Positions 27,402-59,753 of a DNA stretch of 64,000 nt are shown here, one piece after another (the first letter of the stretch is position 1; each line of letters begins with the position of its first letter). The position numbers were made by a program, and so were the translations under genes. Below the pieces are notes generated by a model. It worked only from the letters and a program-made list of their open reading frames with translations, was not told where the DNA came from and ran no database searches. This DNA is from Lytechinus pictus (Eukaryota), in NCBI RefSeq assembly GCF_037042905.1, contig NC_087249.1, positions 24,986,001 to 25,050,000 on the forward strand, given 5' to 3'.

Positions 27402-30236
27402 CAGGGGCGGATCCAGCCTTTGCCAATAGGGGGGCCCGGAATTTTTTTTCAGCCATATTTTCCCCGATCGGCCACTCGAAGATGATTTTTGGTTTCTTTG
27501 AAGGGGTAGTCCGAATAGTCACTTTTTAGCTTTATTCTTATCAATCAACATAAATATATAATATCATAATCCTTAATTATATAATGCGAGCGCGAAGCGC
27601 GAGCTAAATTTTTTGGAAATCTTATGTATTTTTTGCCTAAAATTTGAACATTTTGGGCAATGTTTGTTGAAAAAGATGTGTATGCAACTAAATAATTATT
27701 ACGAACGCGAAGCGCGAGCAGAAATAAACTGATGGAAAAGGTACCTGTTAAAGACTGCATGCTGTTAGCCATGAAGACATTACATATTTTAAAAATCAAA
27801 TAATACCAGCGCGAAGCGCGAGATGAAATTTTTTGACATTTTTACCCAAAGAATGGAAATTCTAAGCACTTTTTGTAACTTAAACAGAATAAGTATATAA
27901 CTAAACAATTGATGCGAAACGCGAGCGGAAAATTTCGAGATTTAGACCTATTTTATACTGAACGAGACACTCTATTCATGTTATATGTAAATCATGAAAA
28001 AGATGAGTAATTGGGGATCTTCTTTACATTAATAATGCGAGCGCAAAGCCGCAAAGCGCGAGCAGAAAATTTTCGTATGCGTTTTGAACTGATCGAAAAA
28101 GTACATGTTAAGGACTGCCACTTAGCCATGAAGACGTTACATATTTCAGCAATCAAATAATGCGAGTGCGAAGCGCGAGCTGAAAAAAAAGAAGACATTT
28201 CTACATAATGAATGGAAAATTTTAATCAATTTTTATAATCGTATACAAGATAGCTTAATGACTTAACAATTGATGCGAGCGTGATGCGCGAGCGGAAAAA
28301 AAAATAGAGGATAAGACCTAAAAACGGGACACTCTATTCATGTTTTGTAAATCATGAATAGAATGAGTAATAGGGGATCTTTCTACATTAATAATGCGAG
28401 CACAAAGCGCGAGCAGAAAATTTTTGATATCGTGATCTGAACTGGATAATGATTTGAATAGAAAACAAGTTGAGTATCGAATAAACATGCGCGCGCGTGT
28501 GTTTCATATTTAGACCTAGAATATAGGCATTCTAAATACATCTTTTATCGTGAAAATCAAAGCGAGCGCGAAGAGCGTGAGCTTTAAACATGTTAAACTA
28601 TTTGATATTCCGATCTGAAAAAAGAGTCAATTTCAGCCCTATATTTCAAGCACTTTGTAGGAAAATTGTGAGGTGGATATGGATCGCACTTGATAAAGAG
28701 CTGATATATTTTCATCATTATTACTTTGAGTATTGACATAGAACCGGCACATTCTTGGGACATAATCTGAAAATGAAGACTGTCTTCCTATTCCTCTTGC
28801 TATGCGCGAGATGAAACAAAAGGGATCAATAATTATTTAATTAATATCTTATTCATTAATGCCTATAATGAGGGCGCGAAATCTGATGATATGATGGCCT
28901 GAAAACTGGGCATTTTAAGCACTTTTGTAATTATAACTAGGATGCATCAGTGAATAAATTATTAACCATTAATGCGAGCGCAAATTGCGAGCCTAACTTT
29001 TTTTAAATACGGTCAAAAGGGGATTTTAAGTAGTTTGTTGTATAATCAATATTGATACATACTTAACTCGCCAATCAAAATGCGAGCGTGCAGCGCTAGC
29101 TGATATACGTTTTGAAAATCAGACCTGAAACGGGATGTTTTGAAAACTGTATAGAATACATGAAAATATTATATAGGTAGGCCTACCTGATAAATCAAAA
29201 TTTGCGAGCACGCAGCGCGAGCAGAAAATGTTAATATTCAGACCATAAATCATACATTTTTACATAGCACTTTTTAAAAATCAATTTGTAAATCACACAA
29301 AATAATGAAAGTTCGATTTCCGGCCGAAATGAAATATGTTTTGTATATTGACTTCCAAACTTGATATCTAAACTTCATATTGAACAAGATATGTAAATAA
29401 CCTAAAAGGCAATGCGAGCGCGTAGCACGAGCAAAAATTTACATTTCAATTCTTTATTTCATTTCCATTCAAAACATAATACAAAGTAATATAAAGTAAT
29501 ACAAATCAAGTACAATTTTACAGAAGGGCATTCTTACTTCGTAAAAAACCCCCAGAAAAAACAGTATAATATAGAGCATAAATGGAAATGAGGGGGATCC
29601 ACTAAAAAGCAAAGCTTGTAAATTGTGGATCCCCCTTGGAAAGGAAGTATAGTAGACTTATTCTCATATGCGTACATATATGTATTACAGGAAAGAAAAA
29701 GAGAACAAAAGAAATCATACGGATGCAAATATAATTACTGAACAAATGCAAAGCTTTTCACACAAAGAGGTCTTAGTAGTAAAGGATGTGTTGCACAAGA
29801 CAGAAGAAAGAAAAAAAAACAGAAAGAGAGAGGTGATGACAAGACATAGAAGACAAGACAAACAAAAGACAGGACAGTACAAGACAAGATAACTACTTTA
29901 TAAAAGGAGGAAAACTAAGAATGGGAAAGGGCTGACCACGAACCAGCTTGATCTGGTGAAAAAACAAAAGATGATATAACTGGACAATATCAGATGAAAA
30001 AAAGATAAAACAATACAAATTTAATAGTGACATGAAAGATTTTCCTAATTATTTTCCAAGTCTTCCCCTGATCTTATTTTATTCACTCGTCTTCTTCCTC
30101 TTATGTTTCCCCCTCTTTTTTCTCCTCTCTCTTCCCTTCTTTTTCTTTTTTTCCTTTCTTTTCCTTTCTTTTCTTTTCTTTTCCTCCGTCAATAGGGGGG
30201 GGGGGGCGGCCCCTCGCCCCCCTGGATCCGCCTATG
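27402..30236. mobile_element. Non-autonomous DNA element with GGCGGATCCAG TIRs and an internal ~120-bp tandem array
   Basis: caggggcggatccag (27402) / ctggatccgcctatg (30236); at least 14 gcgagcgcgaagcgcgagc-type motifs between ~27586 and ~29430. Confidence 0.8.
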
Positions 30237-31519
30237 GCCGATGGATTGGGGGGGGGGGGGGGCGTATACTTATGCCACTGTCATTTCGGGATAAGGTAAG
30301 GAATAAGGTAAGGAATTCAAGTGATGAAAATAAAAAGCTGCAAGGGCATGCATACAAATATAAAAAACTGCAAGGGGAGATCGAAGAGAAGAAAAGGAAT
30401 AAAAAAAGAAAGGTGACATTATTTTACAAATCTATTATGACACCACGTTAAGATAACCTCTTGCCCTCTTGGCCACCATTTTGCCTAAACGCAATAACAT
30501 TTGAAACATTTCTGACTAGTGTGCGACTGAATACTTATAATCAGACTTTCTTTGGCTTATCATGACCCACAAGCGTACCTACGGGGGGGGGGGGGGGGCA
30601 GAGGGGGCAGACTGCCCCCCTGACGAGTCACAACCCATGCAAGGGACATATCCCTGCCCCCCTGACGAGTCTTGAAGACGCCACTGTCATGACCCATTAG
30701 GTAGATGGGAATTAATTAAATATTGCATTATACAATAACTGTAAATTACTAGCATATGTCATGAAACCTATAAAACCTTGAATGATATAAGTGCTTTTTC
30801 GATGTATCCCTTTCTAATTATGTTGGTGTAAAAATTTGATGCCCGGCAGAGTGAAATTTGCCGACTGAGAAGTAATCGTTCATATATGCCAGCAGCTTCT
30901 GCATACATCGTGTAGATTTGTTTTTATACTAAAATGCCATTTTATCTAAAATAAAAATATTGTACCTTTAGTGTATCCAAAAATGTGTGTATTTTATATC
31001 ACATAAGATATGGGACAACTGCTCGTTTATGACGTCACAAATCTAAAACTTCAATTTGTAATAACTTTCCTAATTTTTAATGAAGTTTTCTCAAACCTTC
31101 ACCGGTATTTTTTTTAATTATTATTATTATTTGTTTATTTATTTTTATTTTTTACAATAAACGTACTGCTTGTCTGGGTCACAGTGAACAGCATAATATT
31201 GTCCTCCAATTTCAAAACGGAAGCATTATTAATTTACAAAACTTAGAAAACCTTACCAAATATCCTCTACAGTTAGAGGATGAATTAAGGAGATTATACA
31301 TCCTTACTGTGTTGGAATTAATTATACAGAAACGATATCTTTCATTTTCAAAAACTGGTTTTTATTACAGATCATGATTTTCTCTCATATTTTTTCCAGA
31401 CACTGGCATCGATGGATATAGCGCCATCTTATGTCTGGTGGTACAGTTATTATTTTTCCCTTCTCGGCCTCAGTTCGAGTGATGTTTTGAGCTGGGATTC
31501 CCATACTTCTGGTCCAATA

Positions 31520-52499
<20,980 letters not shown>

Positions 52500-52830
52500 A
52501 CAAATCTAAACTGTGATGAACAACCAAAGAAGGAATCAAGATGAACCCTAGGTCTCTAGCAGTATACATCATTGCAAACAGTGGTGCCTATTTAAATCAT
52601 GCCTGATTCGCAATATTGTCACATCTCAAAGAGGCTCCTTTAAACAACTGTAACAGTATCATAAAGTGCCGTACATAACGGAGAAATACAAGGAAGGTTT
52701 TGGAGCGGGCATTTACTGGATGAATTTGCTGCTACAAGCTGATGACTCCAAGGGAAACACTATCATTCCATATTTGTTCTGTGTTTATACTTCTCGTGCC
52801 ATAGAAATGGCAGCTCTGTAGTGATCATGT

Positions 52831-53105
52831 GGAGCGTTGTGGCCCAGTGGATTAGTCTTCGGACTTTGAAACAGAGGGTCGTGGGTTCGAATCCCAGCCA
52901 TGGCGTAATTTCCTTCGGCAAGAAACTGATCCACAATGTGCTGTACTCAACCCAGGTGAGGTAAATGGGTACCGGTAGGAAATAATTCCTTAAAAAGCTG
53001 TGTGCGCTACGAACGCCTAGCTTAGCCGGGTAATATAGGAGCGCCTTGAGCACCTAACAAGGTGGATATGTGCGCAATATAAATACCCTTTATTATTATT
53101 ATTAT
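52831..53105 (+). mobile_element. tRNA-derived SINE in the PIK3C3 3' region
   Basis: A box tggcccagtgg, B box ggttcgaatcc, core actcaacccaggtg..aaatgggtaccggtagg, (tat)n tail. Confidence 0.9.
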
Positions 53106-55758
53106 GTGGATTATGTGGGAACTATGAGCGACTGTGGCATGATAACCAATAAAGGCCTCTAAGTGTGATTGTCTATGTAGATTTCCCGGGAAATTCATCA
53201 TAATCGACTATGACTAATGCTGGATTCTACATATATTTGTCCTGACTTGGATCCGTAACATCAAGCTTTAGCGATTGATCATACAGTTGATTTGTATGCT
53301 TGAAAGCACATTTGGCCCCCGAGTCATTACGTTTATTTTGATTTTTTTTTTTAGTAATAAATAGGCGTTTCGGGTTAACTGGCGGTGGTTTAACAACCCT
53401 TCCCCCAAAGTTGCTGAAATTTCATTTCATTCTAATCCCACATGTAGACATTCATGTTAGGGTCTACTCGATCTAGTTTGACAGAAAACTGAAAATGATC
53501 CGAGTCAAGAAAGAAGGGAATATTCTTCATTTTCTTGATAGTTTCCATCTAAATCAAAATAATTTCAAGAAAATATGGAAAATAAATGACAATTTTTTTT
53601 AATGTGAAGATTTAAAACATGAAATCTCAGCAACTTTTGGGGAAGTTCCCCCGTCCCTTATGATTGTCAAAATAGAAAATGTTATGCTTTTAACAATTGT
53701 TTGAACAGCATTTAAATGTGACTAGGCCCTAGTGCAGATAATGAAATCAAGTTTAAAAAAAAAATCCCTATAATCAATCTCTAAACTTTGTATTACAGGG
53801 ACCAACGATGTTAACATAAATGCAATGTTGCTGAAATATCAGTTAAAGAACATTGAAATATAGTTCCTTCACGATGTATATTATTTCAATTGAAATATAA
53901 TTTAAGATACTACTATTATATTTGTGATCATCAATGATGATTAATACCCGTCAATCATGTATATTGTATATTTGAGCTATCAAAATTCTTGGGGGGGGGG
54001 TGATGGGCTCCTCTTTACATGTAAATGACATGTATTAGTTTCACATTATGATATAAAAGAGCTTGAAATTAGAATTGAAAGTAACAGGTAAAAACTGTTG
54101 ATTGATATAAGTTTGGTATTACAACTCATCCAGCAGAATTTCATTCAAATGTACATCAACTGGATCAACGGACCCCATTAATGAATAACATATTTGTCAT
54201 GGAACATAATCAGTGACCCAAGGGGGTCTTTCATAAAGCTGTCAAACAGGTTGTGGATGACTTTACAATTATCTTGTATAATGGGATGCCCAAAGTTAAA
54301 AAAGAAAGTGAAGTGAAATGTCAAATTATATTGCGATTGCAATTTACATTGAAAATGGTTTATAGTAAAACGGATCCTTGCATGTTAAGTTTATCTGATG
54401 CAGTTAATTCATGATTAAGAATCCCATTCGACTTGCCATTCAAGTTGACCCTGAAGTTATAACTTTACAAACAACTCTGTAATACACCCCCTCCCAACAG
54501 AATACAGGAACAACATGAGAATTATAATAGAGACTGGATACATTTTGAAACATCACACACTTTTATTCATTAGTCAAACACATCACAAGTGGTAGTCAAT
54601 GGGAAGTATATCATATTACACCAATGTATCACCATAAATATCAAAACTGACAATTAGTGGGCTATTCTAACCTGGTATATCTGATGAATTCTGTTAATTT
54701 CCCAAGGATTAATAAATGAATTTTAAACTCTTGTGGTCATTGACCTGTATTCACAACAGTGCAAGTTTAATCTGTAATTCCAACTATGGAAAGTGGATGG
54801 TTGGATGTCCTCATTCTTTTATTTCCCAATGATGTTTACATGACCTGGGCCTTATTTTTTCATAGTCAAGAAAACCATAGTACTTCCACATTACAGTTTA
54901 ACTGTTGGCTAATGTGACATATTTGACTATCCATAGTTTTACCACTAATTCTAACAACAGTTTTACTTAGTACACTGTTGTCAATATGAGTACATGGGTT
55001 GATCATTGATGGAATTCATATTCGTGAATTATTCAAGGAAATCTGAAATAAATGAAATAAATTCATGCTTTTCATTTTGAATTTTCTGATTACTTAAATC
55101 CATTATCTTATTTTACAATGAAAATATTTGGTCATGTACATATATTTATTTTATTTGAAAATCATTGAGCGTTAAGTCACAATTCACAAAGGTGCATGAT
55201 CATGGACATATGTATTTATATTTTCTTCCCTTTTTATAGATTTTGTTATCAAAATTATCAATATTATCTTAGTGGTGGAATGGATTTCTCTCTCAATTAT
55301 ACATGTATTAAATCATATTTAAACTTTAATTTTGATGATTCTGCTGACATATATTACAAGTTGAAAGTGGCTGCATGTTAATGTGTGTTTCTCTAAGTAA
55401 TATAAACTTTCAGAATTTTGAGTCCCAACTATATTAATCAACAAAATATTTGCACTGGGGTAAAAAAGCTGCATAAAAATATTTCACTTTCACAACTACT
55501 CTTAACACACTAAAACATATAGTGTACATATTAACAAATGGCAAGAACATAATGTATACAGCGTAGAAATCAATAACACATACAATATGGCAAGCACTCA
55601 CAAATTTTGGTCAGATATTGAAATGGCATTATAATGGATTATACTAGGAAACTATACATATTAACAAGGTTGGTTATAGAATCTAGATCAACTTGGTATT
55701 GCAAGCCTGTAACATGGAAGTATTGGTTGGAAAATATTTTCTTCCCCATTTGATAAAA

Positions 55759-56105
55759 GGAAAGCACTGGTACTCATCGTTTACAACAAGTTCATTTCAA
55801 CACTATACTTGATGATAGGGGCCCATATTCTGAAGTCAGGTTTAACTTAGACCACTGTCTTACTCTGTGCTAAAATTATGGGGAGCCAAAAGTTTAAAAA
55901 TTCTGTATATTTCTTAACTTTTGCTTTCATAATGAAGAAAAATACTTCAGTTATCATTCCCAGACAATTATGAACAATTTGGGTGTCATGTGAGTTAATA
56001 TATTGAATGTGTACTGTTAGGGATTTGTGCTCCAATTGGCTCTCCATAGTTAAACCACAACTTTAAACCAGGTTTTCATTTAAACCCGAGTTCAGAATAC
56101 GGGCT
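55759..56105. mobile_element. MITE (related copy at ~37416-37880 has another MITE nested at ~37453-37630)
   Basis: gcccatattctgaagtcaggtttaa...ttaaacccgagttcagaatacgggc inverted ends. Confidence 0.7.
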
Positions 56106-58520
56106 AGGGTGTCTAAAAGCTCAAACTTCATGTAGACTAGAAGTTTACATATTGGGCTTTCAAAATGGAGCATTTTTTTTTTATCAGGCATTTGACCTAC
56201 ATGTAACTCAAGCAGGAACTACATAATGGATCAATATTAAACGGATTATTAATAATAAATAATACTAAATTTATATAGCAGGAAAAATCCTTATGAATGT
56301 AAGTTTTTCAATTCAGACCACCATGTTAAGATCAAATTCATGTAGGTGATGGGTGAACTAACAAGTGCTTTTCATAATCAATTCCTGGGTTAAGAATGCA
56401 TGTACTAACTTCTAATTGACTTCAATACAAATCTAATGTCATCTTATGTCTTCTTAAGTACATCACATCTGGAAAGCAGGTTTTGAAGCTGTTCATATTC
56501 AAATACATGTAAAATACACTTCTCCTTTACACATTAATGGAGGACTTTTCAAACATTTTACACTATTATTTTGTTAAAAGTTATACAAAGTATAATACAA
56601 GCATTTTAAATGAGGTATAAAGAAAGACCACAGTCATGATAAAAATGGTGTAGGCAGTGGTGATAAGTGAAAGCACATTATGACCTGAATTCAACATCAA
56701 AAAAGGAATTTAGCAGCTTTTCATCATTTATGAAGGAATTTTCAATTTAATAAATTTGAAAATCACCTCGGCCACCAAGTTACAATGGGGGCTTTGTGTT
56801 GATAGCAAACTAAGTAGATAAAGCGACATAAATTAGTTTCAGAAATGATTTTTATTCAATGAAAATTGCAGCATTAATGAATGAAATAATCAGTTATAAC
56901 TTCACTCTGCTCTATGTACTACAAGCCACCACTCAAAGTCAGTAAAGCATCTTTCATGCAGGATCCCACTAACATCTAATCATCACTAATGCTCATATTC
57001 ATTATACATGTAGATAAAACAATGGGAACGGTTGGAACTGCTTATCGTCTTTCACAATGACTGTTCATGCATTCCCCATTTTTTTTGCTGATGAATGCGA
57101 GGATAAGCAATAAGATGCTTGTCGAATTCCTGTGTGAAAGATGCAATTATATCTAGTTATAAAAACAGGAGGAAGTGATTTCCCCAAAATCTTTTGAGGT
57201 TCTTGAGACTTGTCGTTTCAGTGACATGTCCCAGTTTGCGCATTACATAATACATGCTTGCAAAATGTTCCCTTATTGTGACACCACTCAAAAGCATTGA
57301 TTATGGGAGATTGTTCAACAACAGTGCCCTTCATTAATCAGAATGTTTTTCTTTAAAGTGGTAACAAACCCCATTTAAACACTACATTTTTACTGAGTAA
57401 TCCTTATTCTTCCCTTTTGCTTGGGATTCATTGTTTCTTTTTTTTTTCAATTCTAACTCATAGCCCATGCTATTTTGTATATCTTCGGAAAAGGTTGTTG
57501 ACCCAGCAAGCTTCTCATGATAATGGAAATTGTTGGTGCATATATGATGAAACAAACTGTTGCAGATGCACGGATTAGTTATAACAAGTTTTGTTGAAAA
57601 ATAAAATTAGTAAGTTTTTATAATCTGTCAACTCTGTATATATGTACCTAAATGAAGTTCTTCCATTTCATTGCACATAATTCCATTAAAAGGATCAGCC
57701 ATTATATTGTGTATCAAAGAACTAACTACATGTATTTGATAATGATGAATGTAGCACATGCATGTTATGTTAAGAAAATTATCATATTTCAAAAATGTAC
57801 AAACAGTGCAATTATTTAAATACATAAGAATTATTTACAACATTCATCTTCACTTGTATTTCTTTGTGTGTTAATGACGGAGAAAGACTGAGAAAAAATA
57901 CTGCTTATGACACCAAAGGAGAGAAATATCACATTGCTGAAATGAAAAGTACTAAATAACTAGTAAATTTTAATTAATAAGACAAGCTGCAAGTATGGGA
58001 AATGTCAAGTCTAAATTTTCCAGGGTTTTTTCACACTTTCACCCTACTTGCAAGTTACACATATCTTTGAATATATGGAATCACAAAATCACAATGTGTT
58101 ATATAATGTGAAAAATAAACATCATATTATTCAACTAAAATACAGTGGAATCTCAGCATAAAAAGCCTGATAAAAGGATGTTGATATAAAAGGCTATATT
58201 TCTTGTCCCAGCTACTAATCTGCTACATGTATTATACAAGTTTCAGCTTTTTCAGGGTAATATTGATTATTTTACTGAGTTTCCACTGTATATTACATAA
58301 GAATGAAGCATTCACATTGATAATAATGCCACTTAAAACCTCAAGTTCCCATCTAAATTGTACGCATAATTTCCAAAATCAAGGGTATTCCAGACACCAT
58401 GAGAGATTGCCTGACATAGCGAAATTAATAAATCCATGTTCATTGGTTAATGGGTAACATGTTACAAGGTCCCCAATAAATAAATATATTCCACTGATGG
58501 CTTACTCTAAAGCAGGTCTT

Positions 58521-58782
58521 TAGCCGTGGTGTAGCGGTTCTGACTCTCGCCTGTAATCAGAGGGTTGTGTGTACAAATCCCACCGTGGCCTAGCGTCATT
58601 TGGCAAGGCATCAATCTACACTCTGCCACTCTCACCCAAGTGCTAATTGGGTACCGGTAGGAAACAACCGTCATTGTGGTTGGTTTAGCAAGTGTGCGAC
58701 TAACAGGCTGCATGAAATGCTATGAATCCAATGACCAGGTAATAATAATTGTGAAGCGCTATATAAATGCCAATTATTATTA
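58521..58782 (+). mobile_element. tRNA-derived SINE (same family as 51180-51531)
   Basis: agccgtggtgtagcggttctgactctcgcc head shared with 51180-51531; degenerate B box; (att)n tail. Confidence 0.88.
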
Positions 58783-58804
58783 TCTCAGAAACTATTCTGA
58801 ACAG

Positions 58805-59140
58805 AATCAGCTGTTTCTTTTGCATTTTTCATATAGTTTACAATTCCCTGATCAATTTCTGTGTGGTTAAGAGCACTTTGAGAATAAATTAAGCTGAACC
58901 CTGACTACAATCAGATTCCTAAATCAATTTACTGCATTTTTATTAAAAGATTTGAATAATTTCTTGACCTATTTGGATTTGGTGAAGAGCACCTGAATGA
59001 ATTCAGTTGGTCTCTGAATGTGTTCGGAATTCAGATTCTACTATGTATTTCCATCAAAGCTTGAGTGATTCCTTGACCGATTTGGGTTTGGTGAAGAGCA
59101 CCTTGTGAATGAATTCAGCTGATCTCTGAATGTATCGAGG
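58805..59140 (-). repeat. Diverged ~110-116-bp tandem triplication of the kinesin last-exon end and stop region
   Basis: aagagcac core at 59094, 58985 and 58869 with alignable flanks. Confidence 0.8.
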
Positions 59141-59196
59141 CACCATACATGGCTGTCTAGTAAATCTTCAGCCTGGGACATGTAGGTTGGTACATC
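59041..59196 (-). CDS. KIF24: Kinesin-13 (KIF24-like) terminal coding exon
   Basis: tag| DVPTYMSQAEDLLDSHVWCLDTFRDQLNSFTRCSSPNPNRSRNHSSFDGNT*; continues the kinesin-13 C-terminal pattern (D..Y..Q.E.LL...C...R.QL). Confidence 0.75.
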   Translation of the reverse strand, partial: DVPTYMSQAEDLLDSHVWCLDTFRDQLNSFTRCSSPNPNRSRNHSSFDGNT

Positions 59197-59653
59197 CTAA
59201 TGAAAAAAGATAAAAACATAATGAAACCATATAATTGACAGCCAACGGTTATTAATTACACTGAAATGCATTGAAGGTTAAATAAACATCTGATTGCTTA
59301 AATTGATTTCGTTTTGCATAAAATTTTTGCATAAAATTTGAGTCAGTGTTCATCAAAGCATGTGGGAAAATTGGTAATTTGGAATTTCTTCAAAGTCAGG
59401 TAATTTGTATATATTATTCACCTGTCTGATGACAACAAATAATGCACAGATTACCTTAATGAATACAGGGGTAATGCAGGTATCTTGGGTATTTAAAATG
59501 TTGCACAAAAGTATCTGAGTAGTACCTAATGCTTGCTGCACCATGTAAATACCCTTGAACAACCTGCATCATCACTAACACACTCATACCTGTGCATTAT
59601 TTGTAAACTAGTTGTCAGAAACATATATTTAATTTGAGGGTTTATTTTCTCAC

Positions 59654-59753
59654 CATTTGGTTACTTCTAAGCTGTGCAATGAGACTCCAGCCTGTCTCAC
59701 ATAATCTTAGAGTTTCCTCAAGCTGATCTGCATGTGCTGCCAGCAACAACTCC
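59654..59753 (-). CDS. KIF24: Kinesin-13 (KIF24-like) penultimate coding exon
   Basis: tag|G ELLLAAHADQLEETLRLCETGWSLIAQLRSNQM |gtgaga; resembles the kinesin-13 C-terminal helical domain (KIF24-type AHxxQLxE pattern, compared from memory). Confidence 0.75.

Noticed and set aside
27052-27529. Long ORFs spanning the N run
   Set aside because: Artefacts of translating the assembly gap.
27580-29435. CRISPR-like alternation of a conserved motif and spacers
   Set aside because: Eukaryotic context, degenerate repeats, ~100-bp spacers homologous to each other, and no cas genes.
30032-30451. 139-aa Phe/Leu- then Lys-rich ORF
   Set aside because: Low-complexity pyrimidine and purine tracts at transposon ends.
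31030-31037. CRE palindrome TGACGTCA upstream of PIK3C3 (also at 2959, 13771 and 41491)
   Set aside because: Mostly within or beside repeat fragments; an 8-mer alone is not evidence of function.
52831-52905. tRNA-like sequence with A/B boxes (also at 51455-51531 and 58521-58590)
   Set aside because: No proper acceptor stem, and it is followed by a shared SINE core and simple-repeat tail, so these are SINE heads rather than tRNA genes.
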